This document shows, in pieces, positions 13,798 through 27,037 of a stretch of 64,000 bases of DNA. The notes beneath the pieces are model-generated. The model worked only from the letters and a program-made list of their open reading frames with translations. It was not told the DNA's origin and made no database searches. The stretch is from positions 62,062,001-62,126,000 of the forward strand of contig OZ024741.1 in the NCBI GenBank assembly GCA_964016885.1, given 5' to 3'. The position numbers and the translations under genes are program-made. Positions within the stretch are counted from its first letter, which is position 1. Every line of letters starts with the position of its first letter. The DNA is from Eledone cirrhosa. Taxonomy: Eukaryota.

Positions 13798-14070
13798 GTA
13801 TTAATGTATGTATGTATGTAGTTAATTATAGCTGAATATAAATATTTACTCCTATTTACTACTATATATATAGTAGTAATAATAATAAATAAAAAGGTTT
13901 GTATAAATATATAAATATAAACCCGTAGAGTAAATATTTATATTCAGCTATAATTAACTACATACATACATACATACATTAATACATAGACGAAATCCGA
14001 GCTATTGATGTGAGAACTCGAAAAATAATAAACAACACCAGAAACTTCCACATCAACAGTAAAATAGACC
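13713..14070. repeat. Inverted duplication (arms 13713-13851 / 13928-14070) spanning the LINE 5' junction
   Basis: Arms are reverse complements with a few mismatches; small palindrome 13856-13879 in the spacer. Confidence 0.85.
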
Positions 14071-14218
14071 AAATGGTGTTTATTTTTCAACATAGTCCAC
14101 GGAAAAACACAATGCAGCTATTAATGAAAAATAGTTGAAATTAATGCATACAAGATTTCACAGCTCTAGCATCACTCCTTCGTAGTCAACCTCTGAACTT
14201 TTCAGCTCACCCTCATAT
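14071..14218. mobile_element. Tc1/mariner MITE remnant (one terminus)
   Basis: Ends GAACTTTTCAGCTCACCCTCATA, resembling a mariner-type TIR (TACGAGGGTGGGCTGAAAAGTTC). Confidence 0.45.
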
Positions 14219-14219
14219 T

Positions 14220-14290
<71 letters not shown>

Positions 14291-14292
<2 letters not shown>

Positions 14293-14500
14293 AAAGAGTT
14301 AGGACCTGGACGGCTGAGCTCCGGCCGTTTCGTTAGTTAGATCCAAACTCAGTTCGGAACTATCTAGCTGTCGAAACGCCTGGAACTCAGCCGTCGGGGT
14401 GGGGTCCTTACTCTTTTCCTACTACCCGCTCTACTACCCTAAGTATTGAGTACTCTGTTGCGTTATGGTTCACCTGGTATCTTACCACACCCTCTTCGTT
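14291..14500 (+). mobile_element. Family C non-coding element, truncated with 5' inversion, between (TA)n tracts
   Basis: Hairpin GGAAAGAGTTAGGACC...GGTCCTTACTCTTTTCC plus a tail shared with 20180, 36643, 55531 and 62207. Confidence 0.75.
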
Positions 14501-14630
14501 ATATATATATATGTGTGTGTGTGTGTACATTATATAGGAACATTTTAAATAGTTAAACATGTAATCATTCTTCCTACCTAAATGCAGACGATAACCTCTA
14601 TTTTCAGACATTCTTTATTGTTTATTTTAG

Positions 14631-14774
14631 GTCCGGTGGTCAGTCTTGCAGCCAGTCGCTTCTATATTCGATCTTGTATGTTCATGGGCGGATTACTGGT
14701 ATTTGTTGGATGTCTGAGCAGTGCCTTCATTGAAAATATCTATATTCTATACTTTACATTTGGAATTGTAGCAG
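14631..14774 (+). CDS. SLC16/MCT-family transporter, coding exon 2 (144 nt)
   Basis: TTTTAG|GT CCG...GCA G|GTAAGT; GPVVSLAASRFYIRSCMFMGG...LYFTFGIVAG. Confidence 0.92.
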
Positions 14775-14817
14775 GTAAGTACATAGCTGCTTTTATATTA
14801 ACATTCTAAGTAAGGAT

Positions 14818-14900
14818 ACGTGGGCTAGTGGTCAGTGTTTTGGTTATACGAGCATAAAGTTGCGGTTTCGATACCTGGACAGAGCCGCGTGTTGTTTTCC
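14818..14900 (+). mobile_element. tRNA-derived SINE head remnant
   Basis: Box A-like TGGGCTAGTGG and box B-like GGTTTCGATACC. Confidence 0.45.
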
Positions 14901-15708
14901 ATTATATGACTTTCCATGATATGATTGACGTATCTATCATTAAAGCACTCGTTTTAAACTTCTTGTGACCCTGTCCTTTTCAGTCATTTTTGCTTGCAAA
15001 TAAACTTACTCACATACAGTACAATGCCAGATTTCCCCCGTATCAAACAAAGCAAGCAACCATATTTAATTTTTACTCTTCTATCTAATTTTTATTCTTC
15101 TATCTCTTCTCCTTCCTCCATCCAAACTCTAATTTCTTCCTATCTTCACTCTTCCTTTCATTTTCTGAACTACACTCTTCTCTTCCTTCTCCTCTTCATG
15201 ATACCAAATCATAAATCCTAGCCATACCACCTTCACCTTTGTCATAAGTATTTCCTCTACCAATACCAGATCTTCTCAATGTCGTATCGTTCCTTCACTT
15301 ATTCGTATTCCTTCTTGTGTTAATCTACTGTTCGACACTATTTCAGTGATATTATATCTTAATTAGCTCAAATACTATGCAGGCTAAATCTATAATTTGT
15401 AGAGCTTCATTTTTCTAAAATTACATTTGGGTGTAGAAATTTGCAGTATATTAAACGTAAGCATTACAAGCAAAAGATATATTTTAAAATATAAAAATGT
15501 GTGCTTATACCACGGTTTCGTTCAGGCAAAAAAAAAACAATAAACAATAATAATAATAATAAATATTAATTAAGATAATTAATTGATAAACTAAGACACC
15601 GAAAACTCATCAGTAAGCATTGTATTCTCCCATCCACAAAAATTGCTGGCCTTGTACCTAAATCAGAGACCATTATTATCGTTTTCTTTTTTCTTTTTTG
15701 TTTCTTAG

Positions 15709-16476
15709 GAATTGGTCACGGTTTCTGCTACACGCTGAATGTCGTATGTCTTGGTTATTATTTCAAGAAACGACTTTACTTCGCTGCTGGTGTTGCTGCA
15801 ACTGGTGCTGCTCTGGCCATGATGATATTTCCACCGGCAATTCAACACATCTTCAATTACTATCAATTCCAGGGAGGTATCCTATTAATTGCTGGAATAT
15901 GTTTACATTTCTCCGCCTGTGGTTTACTTGCTGCACCAAACCAATTGGAAATTAAATTAAAAAGTCGTCTCAACAAACAGAAATACATAACAGCAGAAAA
16001 TATTCCACCAACACCTTCCATTTTCAGGAATGTGTCTTTCGATTTTTATCTCATTAGCATACTATGGTGGAATGTTGCCTATACGTTTATTGCCCAAGGC
16101 TTGCCATATTATTCAAACTATTCAGGATACTCGAAATACGAAGCAGCATTTTTAATGTCACTGGCTGGCATTGGAAGCATTTTTGGCCGTCTTTTGGGAG
16201 GAATCACTGCCAATGATCCCAATATCGACAGCGTTGTTATATACTTTGGTTCATCGGGAGTTCTAGGAATCGGTACTTTGTTTTTCGAAACGTTCGGAAA
16301 AGCATATTTTGGTCAGGCGGTCTATGCGGTATGCTGGGGTTTATACAGTGGTGCCTCTATATCTGTCCAGGGTCCAATTGTTGTACGCTTGCTTGGTGTT
16401 GAACAGTTGTCTATTGGATACGGTTTACTCATGTTCTTCACTGGAATCGGTTCACTGATTGGTCCACCAATTGGAG
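15709..16476 (+). CDS. SLC16/MCT-family transporter, coding exon 3 (768 nt)
   Basis: TTCTTAG|GA ATT; contains GYYFKKRLYFAAGVA (MCT YFxKRR motif) and GSLIGPPIG; donor G|GTATT. Confidence 0.93.
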
Positions 16477-17634
16477 GTATTTATTTCCATTTATTTATAT
16501 TCTTTACTCTATATATTCTTAGAGATTCGGAGTATAACTTTGATTTGATCCATTGTTATATAATCTTTTAAACAATAGCACACGATTTTATTTCATTATG
16601 TTAAAATCTAAATTATACCATCGACACGATTCAAACCATTTATAGTTCTCATTCACATTGAAATTTATAGGATATTTCATACCGTGTGATCTATATTTAC
16701 AGCAAGATCTGAGTTGATAAAGAGTAAATATTATTGCACTATAGATACTAATATACGGCACACGTGCTACCGATAATTATGGAAGATCTTCCGTCGATTT
16801 AGGCGATGCACATTCAGTTGTTCAATCATCAGCATTTATACACGTTAATTAATCTGTAAGTAGTTGGGTGTTCCGTAGATACGTTTGTTCCCTTGGCGCA
16901 ATTCTCAAGCGCTGAATCAGTGGGACAACGCATGTCTGGACATTTGAATAACATGAATAATACAAGAGAAAGAGAGTGAGAGAGAGATGACGATTCAACC
17001 TCAATAACAACGTGACCAGAGTCGTATTATTCATAAGACTGACCAGGCTGAGGTTCAGGGTGCCTGCAAAGATTTGTGGACTATCATTTATTTTTCTTTT
17101 GCTGTAGGGGAGGAGAAAGATCGATATATCTGCAATCCTATGAGTCCAGATATGGATTAATACGGCTCAGAAAACGGCATCCGAAAAGGCAAAATGACGA
17201 CATTTGAACTCAATGAGCAATAAACTGAAAGAAATACCGCAAAACATTCTATCGGACAGCTCAAACAATTCTACATTTTCAGCGCCTGACATTAAAAAAT
17301 ATTTATCAGATAACGACAACATGAACAAAAGAAAAAAACAACGTTGCTTGAGCTACTTGACAATGTTAACTGAAAAGTACAGAAATATATTGGTAGAAAT
17401 ATAATTTAAGCGGGGTTATTTGAAAGAATATAAACATTGTCTGGCCTTTTTCAATGAGAATCTATCTGAAATACCAATGACCGATTTTAGGTATAGACGA
17501 GATAATATACATAGATAGAGTAGGTGAACTTTTTTCTTATCGGATCATTTCGCTTTTTATAACTAATTTAAATGTCACACTGATTATCATTGCTCTAGGA
17601 CGACTGGAGTTCATTATGCAGGCATAAATACTTA

Positions 17635-17806
<172 letters not shown>

Positions 17807-17909
17807 TAAATTCACACTATATGCAAATGACCATAATATATATATATATATGTAATATTATACTTTGGGAGAATCATGCTGCCAAATACAAAAACGAAAT
17901 ATTTATATA

Positions 17910-18012
17910 TACAGGGTGTCCCAAAAAATGCATGAATATTTGATTACCTCTACAGGCAATATTTATTACAATTCTGTTGAAGTATATATACATTCTATTG
18001 AGACACGTTCGG
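17910..18012 (+). mobile_element. Tc1/mariner TIR fragment
   Basis: TA-CAGGGTGTCCCAAAAAATG terminus; partner TIR not seen. Confidence 0.45.
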
Positions 18013-18013
18013 A

Positions 18014-18061
<48 letters not shown>

Positions 18062-18282
18062 TGTATATGTACATACATATATGTATACAGACGTACAGTA
18101 GTATTTATATATATACATACATGCACACACACATATATATATATATATATATGCACGTATCGGTTTACCGAACATTTATTATAATGCTCGGTTTGTTTGT
18201 TTGTAAACATACAAACAGCCCGAATTACGCCGTACAGTGTTTAGGCAACCACGTCACCTTTTTGTTCAACACTGACACAGGA

Positions 18283-18325
18283 ACGATGTACTAGTTTGAA
18301 GCTTATTAGCTATCGTCAGCATTGT
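18283..18325 (-). ncRNA. Degenerate hammerhead motif (GAAA mutated to CAAA)
   Basis: Reverse complement reads ACAATG CTGACGA TAGC TAATAA GCTT CAAA CTA GTA|CATCGT. Confidence 0.45.
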
Positions 18326-18555
18326 ATACCTTCCTGCCAGATGGTTGAACGTCTGAAAATATATACTTTCCTTATGCATATTAACGGCTGAGCAGCCTAA
18401 TTTGCATATCGGGTGAGTTCTGTCGGCTGGGCGCACCGAAAACGATAAATGGAATAGAATGAAACGAAATTTCATTTCTCAAGTATGTATGTATGTATAC
18501 GTACATACATATATGTATACAGACGTACAGTAGTATGTATATATATACATACATG

Positions 18556-18631
<76 letters not shown>

Positions 18632-19400
18632 TTATATGAATCAAAGTTCTGTTCAAATCATTTATATGCTTACAATTGTTTCCTCCAAACCGAGGTTTGG
18701 TTTCTTCGGAGCAATTTATTAATGAATGATCACATATATGACCTCCTTTTCAACCCAAGAGACATACAGAAACATATGCATATATTGTTGCTTGGTGGGT
18801 CGACATCCACTATAACATTTAGCGTGGCAGTATACATTTAAAGATTACAGTCATATCAAAAGAGGATAAAATTAAAATTAAAGTTGAAATACAACATGAA
18901 ATTAATGCGATAGGATAGTCAGAAGCAGTTAGTGTGTGCAACAGTTACACGCGTGGCAAGCACGTGTGTCTTATTTATATAATATTATAGTGCGGCAGGG
19001 TAATCAAGAGTATTAAGAGGGTTGTAATGGTAATGTATCTTTTATATGAATGTTATAGAAGCTTGTGTGTAGAGAAAGATTATAAATATTTAAAATATTA
19101 GAAATGTGTAGCAAAGCGATGATATGGTTTTCCTGTACAACACCATTTTCACAGTCCGGAGAGCGTAATATCTAGATTATATGCCCCTCACATAATCCAC
19201 GACGATATATATCCACATATATATATATATATACACGTATCGGTTTACCGAACATTTATTACGCCGTACAGTGTTTAGGCAACCACGTCAGCTTTTTGTT
19301 CAACACTGACACATGTATGTATACATACATACATACTTACATTTAGTAAAGTAAGTGCCGTACTAAGAGTGAGAAATGAAATTTTGTTTCATTCTATTCC

Positions 19401-19508
<108 letters not shown>

Positions 19509-19629
19509 GCTGTAATGTTATATAGTGTGACGTGTGTATTTAAACCTAGCGGAAGCTATCCCTCTCCAGGTTTGACCATAGTTGGCTTCCACCAGAGAGA
19601 GCGAGGAAGTGAGAAAGATACGTCAGTAA

Positions 19630-19760
19630 TAGACTGGTACTTCATTTATCGATCTCGAAAGGATGAAAATTGAAACTGGCAGGATAGTTGAACTCAGTCC
19701 GCATGAAATTGGAACAAATATCACCGTGCATTCTATCCGACGTCATATCAACTCTACCAA
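19630..19760 (-). mobile_element. MetaSINE-like remnant
   Basis: Reverse complement contains TTTCATCCTTTCGAGATCGATAAATGAAGTACCAG (Meta-domain-like). Confidence 0.6.
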
Positions 19761-20052
19761 TTCGATGTCTTTGTCATCCACATCGATTTACGTCGGCCTT
19801 TCCGTGCTTAAATGGGTCTTTTTCAGCACAGAATCCCTTCACTCATCATTTCCTCTGTGAGCCTTAGTGATCTGAGATCAGCTCTCACAATAAGATCTTC
19901 CTTGATCACCAGCTTCCTTCCACTGGGAGTTCTTAGTACTTCTTCCCCCAACGATTGTCATCCATATGTATCACATGTTCATATCAGTACAATCTTCTCT
20001 CTTGCACAGACACACACAGACACACACAGACACACAGAGACACACACATACA

Positions 20053-20371
<319 letters not shown>

Positions 20372-20375
<4 letters not shown>

Positions 20376-20640
20376 ATGTTGTTGACGGCTGAGAGAAAAG
20401 AGGACTCAATACCGAAGTAGAGTTTAAATATTTATTTTAATAAGGCTAACTAGTGAGTCTCATTACTCTGAGTTTCGCCTGTTTATGATAAATCAGGTGG
20501 AACTCAATATTTAGCTTTAGTCGATCCATCAGTGAGTGAAAAAATGTTAAAGAAGACGGGAGTTGAGTGTCGGTAGAAGGTGAAAATGGAATTGTAAAGA
20601 AGCAGAAGATAATATATCGCTTGTATTACTAATATTGTAA
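20372..20640 (-). mobile_element. Family B non-coding element with degenerate hammerhead (20459-20536)
   Basis: Reverse complement reads CTCA CTGATGG..GGC GAAA CTCAGAGTA ATGAG. The tail matches 54231-54320. Confidence 0.55.
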
Positions 20641-21454
20641 CAATATTTATTGTTCTTGCTGTCTCGCATTATTTTCAATAATAGAAGCCACGAGATGAAC
20701 GTGATTAAAATGTAATCACATAAAAATACGATATTTCGTAATTTAAAAGTTAACTCCTAGAAGTTGAATTGTAGAAATATATTCTTTAATAAAGACTATA
20801 TATGAATCGTCTGTCCCATCCGGACGTGATTACATATAAAAACTGTGTTATTAAATAGAAAACAAAATCAAGAATTATCGAATACAATTTATAATCATAT
20901 AGAACGGCTTTGATTGAGAAGCAGACGATCGTTTTTAACTTCTCCCATCAACTTCTCGGCTGCTTTGCTTTGACTTGTAATTGACGTCGATTGGGTCAAA
21001 TACGTGTTTTACATCGACAACTAGAGTTGGTAAATGGAAAAGATTGTTTGATTAATATCTTCATATCTAAATGGCAAGGCGACTCCAATGAACTTTTTCA
21101 CTAAATCAGCCGACACATCAACAGTAAATGTACAAAGGTGTACAAGATAGCTTCACTGTGTAGTCAGTTATAAATGTTTACTTAGCCAAGAAATTGCTTT
21201 TGCTAAAGATTAATCTCAGACGCTATTTAATATATAAGGTTCAATTCACTGATTCTATAAATATATGCAAACACACACACGCACACACACATACATATAT
21301 ATATATATGTGTGTGTGTGTGTTAAGTGAATACGTATCTAATAAAATCTAAATAAATCGTATAAAATCACATGCATACGTGTGTGTTGAAATGGTTATAT
21401 AAATATATATGACCGTATATCTTTGCACACACAAACACACATACACACACACGA

Positions 21455-21830
21455 AGGATTCCAATGAAAGGCGCAAGGAAACTGTAGATTCGATGTGTTG
21501 GATCCGGAAAGTTAAAACCAAAACTAGGATCGGCATTTGGAATGTGCGAACATTGTGCCAGCTATGAGAGATGGCGCCGCTTATGAGAGAATTTGACACC
21601 TAAAACTGGACTCCCTGTACCTCGGTGAAAACTGATGAACAAGTATGAGAAATTTACAGGGAATGCCTGACTAAGAACAAATATGAAAGAAAAAAGATGC
21701 AGTATCTGGAACAAAATCTAAGCGAGGAAAAGATATAAGGGCCAAAAACGTCATTGAGAAGATCACACTACATGTGCCGAAATGGAGATGTCACTTAAAT
21801 AACCACCTCGGTCTTTCAAAGTGAGTGAAA
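21455..21830 (+). mobile_element. RTE-clade LINE remnant (APE start joined to a probable 3' end)
   Basis: Translates KVKTKTRIGIWNVRTLCQ (RTE APE GxWNVRT motif). Confidence 0.55.
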
Positions 21831-22284
21831 AGTTCGGCGAGTAGTCTAGTGTTGGGGTTTGAAGACGAGATGTAGAATCCTTGTGTGTTATGTGTGCTGT
21901 TATGTGTGTAAAGTTGGAGTGTATTTTATGGGTGTGTATTATTGCTTCTGTGTGTATGTGATATATATGTATCGTTTGTGGAAGTGTGCATTCGTGTGTC
22001 TGTAAACTGTTATGGAGATTTCATCATGTGTGTGTGTGCACTTACATGTTTTAGTATATTTTTGTATGGGCGTATGTTTGTGTATGTATTTATGTATGTG
22101 TCAGTGTGTGTATATATACTCATGTGCGCCTGTGAATCTGTTGTATAGTTGTATGTGCGTGATGTGGACGTTTGTACGTGGGTCTATGAATCCTTTATGT
22201 GTTTTTTTATGTGTGCATGTGTGATCACGTATGTGTTTGGGTGAGCATTATGAGGTTATTCGTCTGTGTTGCGGGTGTACACGG

Positions 22285-22405
22285 TCTGAGTTAGCTTTGC
22301 CTTTCATCCTTACGGAGCCGATAAAATAATGTACCAGTAATGCATTGGGGTCGAGTTTCCTCTCCCCTTCAAATTGGTGGCCTTGTGCCTAAAGTAGAAA
22401 AATAA
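22285..22405 (+). mobile_element. MetaSINE-like remnant
   Basis: GCTTTGCCTTTCATCCTTACGGAGCCGATAAAATAATGTACCAG followed by a GGCCTTGTGCCTAAA tail. Confidence 0.65.
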
Positions 22406-22554
22406 TTTCGTCTGTATGTATGTGTGTGTGTGTTTTACTGTATGTTCAGAGTATCGTTGATGAAAGTGTGGGTGTGTGTATTTGTGAATTTTATATGTAG
22501 TTTTATGTGTGAACATACATATAATATATATATATATATATGCGTGTGTATGTG

Positions 22555-22776
<222 letters not shown>

Positions 22777-22825
22777 AGTGTGTATATATATATATATAGT
22801 GATTATTTTATTTATATTATTCCAG

Positions 22826-22876
22826 GTTTATTGACGCAGTCGATGGGGAATGCAGAAAGCAGTTTTGTGGCGGCAG
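22826..22876 (+). CDS. SLC16/MCT-family transporter, coding exon 4 (51 nt)
   Basis: TTCCAG|GT TTA...GCA G|GTATGT; [17 protein letters not shown] corresponds to the MCT 'GxLxDxTGxYxxxF' segment; phase 1-1 preserved. Confidence 0.85.
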
Positions 22877-23041
22877 GTATGTATATTCTGCATATATATA
22901 TATAGTATACTAGGGAGAGGATCAGGGGTGTATAATACTCCACTTATCCAACAGGCAGTATAAGGTTAGCTCGATGTCTGAGGACAGAGCCGTGATATAA
23001 TCAATAACAAAGAACGCCTATAGCATATGCATATCTTTACT

Positions 23042-23087
23042 TGCTAACATTGTTTCATCCGCACTATAAGTGGGACTCATCAGAGCA
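23042..23087 (-). ncRNA. Type I hammerhead motif (family D)
   Basis: Reverse complement reads TGCT CTGATGA GTCC CACTTATAGTGC GGAT GAAAC AAT GTT|AGCA. Confidence 0.7.
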
Positions 23088-24805
23088 TAAAGGTTAATTA
23101 CATACCACACAAGCAATAACAAATCCAAGACATTGAAGAAATAAAGAATGAAAAATAATAAAAGATAAAAGATATTGAGGAAGTAAAAATAAAAATAAAA
23201 ATAAAAATAAACATTGAAAAATAAACAATGAAAAATAATTGAAAAATAAGGGGTGCTATCAGTCACAGTTGGGCGGGGTGCTGTCAACATATAGTTACAT
23301 ACAAGCATACACATGGATAAGAGAACAGACAAGAATAGATAAGATAGATAGGATTAGGTAAGAGTAGATAAATTATTATCCCGAAAGTAACGTTTTGGCC
23401 CCGATAGCCCTCCGTAGTTACTAACGGTCTGTGTACAGTTGAATCGGGCAATGGCACGTGCGGACATGATTATCTCCGTAGGATTTCAATTTGATTTATT
23501 TTACTGCATCTCATCGTATGTATTTATTTTGAATGTATTATCCGTGGTGGTGGGTCTTGCCTAATGTGGTATTTCTGTGTTTAATATCAGCTTTGACCCG
23601 GGTGTCCTACGCTGTGTGTGTGTGCGTGTGTGTCTGTGTATACATTTATATGTGTATGGGTGTAGGTGGTTGTATATGTCTGTATATAAAAATATATATA
23701 TATGTATACCGTCTCTGCATATGCATGTGGTGTGTATATGTCCATATACGTGCTGAACATATTGGTGTGTATAATCTTGAGATGTCCCAATGCGGTGACT
23801 TCATGATATTGGCTCTTGAAGCTATTTTTTATATATCTTTTATTTTTTATATATCCTTTGTATGCGCTGTTGAGTATGCATATTAACCCGCCTGACCCAA
23901 CTACATTTGCTTGCTTTCGGCTAGCCCGCCTGCACCTGCTTGCTTTCGGCCCACCTGTCTGCCTCTTGCTGCTGCACGTGAATTCTCCTACCTTCCTTCG
24001 ATGTACCTCTGTTGACCATTGGACTCCTGCCCGGGTGTGAACCGGTTTGTGATTACACCACTGCTCAACTGTGTGAATGCACACCCGTGACTTTCGAGTG
24101 AACTTTTGAGACTGCCCAACCTGGGACGTCTCCATTGCATTGCAATGGTCAAGTGATACTGATAACTGTGACACTTAGTGCCTTCGTGGGCCCCTGACAT
24201 ATTCAGGAAATATATTCTAAAAAAATATATATCTTATCTCAATTTACTTTATTTTATTTTATTTTATTTTATTTCATTTCATTCTATTTAATTTTATTTA
24301 TTTATTTAATTTTATTTATTTAATTATATCTTATATTATATTATTTTATTTTAGTTTATTTTATTTTATTTTAGTTTATTTTATTTTATTTTATTTTAAC
24401 TTATTTTATTATTATATTATATTATATTCTATTTTATATAATTTTAATTTTAATTTTAATTTTATATTATTTTATTCTATTTTATTTCATTCCTTACCCT
24501 GTATCACTATTATCTGTATATTTTATATTTTATATGTATGTTTTTTTATATTTTCTTATATATATTATAAGTCTATTTTTTACCTATTTTTCACCTATTT
24601 TTTATCTACTCTTACCTAATCCTATCTATCTTATCTATTCTTGTCTGTTCTCTTATCCATGTGTATGCTTGTATGTAACTATATGTTGACAGCACCCCGC
24701 CCAACTGTGACTGATAGCACCCCTTATTTTTCAATTATTTTTCATTGTTTATTTCTTCAATGTCTTGGATTTGTTATTGCTTGTGTGGTATATAATTAAC
24801 CTTTA

Positions 24806-24851
24806 TGCTCTGATGAGTCCCACTTATAGTGCGGATGAAACAATGTTAGCA
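24806..24851 (+). ncRNA. Type I hammerhead motif (family D)
   Basis: TGCT CTGATGA GTCC CACTTATAGTGC GGAT GAAAC AAT GTT|AGCA. Confidence 0.7.
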
Positions 24852-24891
24852 AGTAAAGATATGCATATGCTATAGGCGTTCTTTGTTATTG

Positions 24892-24961
<70 letters not shown>

Positions 24962-25176
24962 TATGATTTAATTTATGCCAAAGTTTACATCGGGTATAAT
25001 ACAAGGAAATCCTACTAATACAAGAAAATTTCATTCACATCTTGTTTTAATTAGTTTTGCTTGTACTCTGCCCAATAGAGATTTTTACATTAGTTAAATT
25101 ATGTTGTTATGCCTTTCCTTTTCATTGAGATGTCCAGTGACAAATAACCTGTTCTTTTTCCCTGATATACATATAT

Positions 25177-25626
25177 ATCTTGGATTCAGCCATGTAGAGC
25201 GATAAAACTATTGGCAGGTTATCTTACAATGGCAAAGCCGGCCATTAATCGCTCGGAGTGGCCTATCTGCTGATATGCAAATCTGGCTGATCAGTGGGTC
25301 TGCTAATATACAGATCTGACTGATCAGGCAGTCTGCTAATATGCAAATCAGGCCGATCAATCACTGTATATTCCAGAAAATATATATTTTCACTAGCTCT
25401 GACAGTTGGCAGGTAAGTAGTATACGGTACTTATGAAGGATAATCACCCAGTAACATTAGTGTTTGCCGTTCTGTTTATATGCCAACAGAAGAGCAAGTC
25501 ATTCCACTCACATGGTTTAAAGAGGCTGTTTGCATAATTGCAAACGAATCGAATATTATTTTTAATATGCGAAAAACTCAGATTTACATTTCTTGCATTC
25601 AGCCATGCAGAGCGATAAAACAATTG

Positions 25627-25630
<4 letters not shown>
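25177..25630 (+). mobile_element. Family E repeat with about 40-bp terminal direct repeats and 33-bp ATGCAAAT-containing sub-repeats
   Basis: TCTTGSATTCAGCCATGYAGAGCGATAAAAC at about 25178 and 25591; homologous to 60540-60860. Confidence 0.6.
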
Positions 25631-25713
<83 letters not shown>

Positions 25714-25884
25714 GTGTGTTTGTGTGTGTACATATTAGGATTATACCAATTTTAGCCTAGTCACACCATTATTCGGCAGAAAAGTCGATACATGGAATAG
25801 TAGAGTGTAGATATAGTACAGAATCAGACTGGAGGTTGCTGTCGAAGTGGAAAGACCTAAATCATCGGGTCCAGACTATCTAGA

Positions 25885-25974
<90 letters not shown>

Positions 25975-26151
25975 ATATATCTATAAGGGATGGTGTGCTT
26001 ATACGCGGAGATGCTATCAAATAGCTTGAAGATACTTAAAGTCGGTAAAAGAAGTTGCCACTGCCGCTATGAGGAGTCGAACTCCATATATATATATATA
26101 TATTAATAAATGGAAACTATATTTATAAAACCATATTTATTTTATTATATA

Positions 26152-27037
26152 CTAGCAGTGGTGCCCGGCGTTGCACGAGATAAGGTATTTTGGAACGCGG
26201 GCCGCCAACAAACCTAATCGTGGAAAAACTGCATGCCTGGACAATATGTAAAGAAAATAAACCGAATACTCTGGTGGCTGGATAATCTTTAAGATTTTCC
26301 TCGGTGAAGCAGGAAAAATGCAATTTTTCACATAGGGGATCAAGAAAATATTTTCTGTTATGTGCATAATATGCCTTGAAATTTCGGGAAAAGTGGCTAG
26401 ACGTAACGCCTCCAAAAAGCCATAAAAAGCTGAAAAAATAAAGTTTTTTACCTAGGCCATAAAAAAGTTGGATTTTCTTTGCTCACGGTATGAAGAAGAG
26501 ACTAACTAATACATAGTTACAATTTCAAGGAAATTGGTCTGACATAACGTCTCAAAAAACCCTAAAAAGCTTAAAAAACGCACTTTTTCAGCTAATGTGG
26601 GCACTAGGAGATCAAAAAGTTGATTTTTTATTGCATAACACTCCCTGAAACATACGTAATACACATGTAAAGTTTGAAAAAGATCGGTTGGGTACTTCTC
26701 GAGGGATTCAAACTCACACACACACAGACAGACATCCTCAGGGAAGTGACGTAATGCAGACATATAGACATACAGACAGATATTATAAGGGCGCCACGTT
26801 ATATGTAAGTATCTATCTAAAAAGAGAAAGACTAAGAATTATAGAGAGAGATCGTTAAATCACATAATGCGGTCCCTAGGGCATTGAAAATTTGAATTGA
26901 TTTTTGCTCAGAACACTCCCTGAAACATAAGTATTACATTTGTAAAGTTTGAAAACAGTCGGTTGGGTGTTTCTCTAGTTTTAGGGATTCAAACTCACAC
27001 ACACACAGACAGACATCCTCAGTTTTATATATATAGA
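26152..27037 (-). mobile_element. Non-autonomous Helitron
   Basis: Minus strand starts A|TCTATATATATAAAA and ends CGTGCAACGCCGGGCACCACTGCTAG|T. There is no TSD, and the empty site reconstructs to 28604-28624. Internal duplication about 26620-26742 / 26895-27022. Confidence 0.85.

Larger units (their letters stand above)
22906..24897. mobile_element. Family D non-coding element with about 300-380-bp terminal inverted repeats, each with a hammerhead motif
   Basis: 22995-23372 is the reverse complement of 24601-24897 apart from one indel block. The right end abuts (TA)n. Confidence 0.8.

Noticed and set aside
16477-16571. ORF-track extension of MCT exon 3
   Set aside because: Intron read-through past the GT donor; downstream exons supply TM11-12
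23587-24174. 195-aa minus-strand ORF inside family D
   Set aside because: No RT or GIY-YIG motifs; partly simple repeat
25266-25365. CRISPR-like 33-bp periodicity
   Set aside because: Contiguous tandem units with no unique spacers; eukaryotic context and no cas genes
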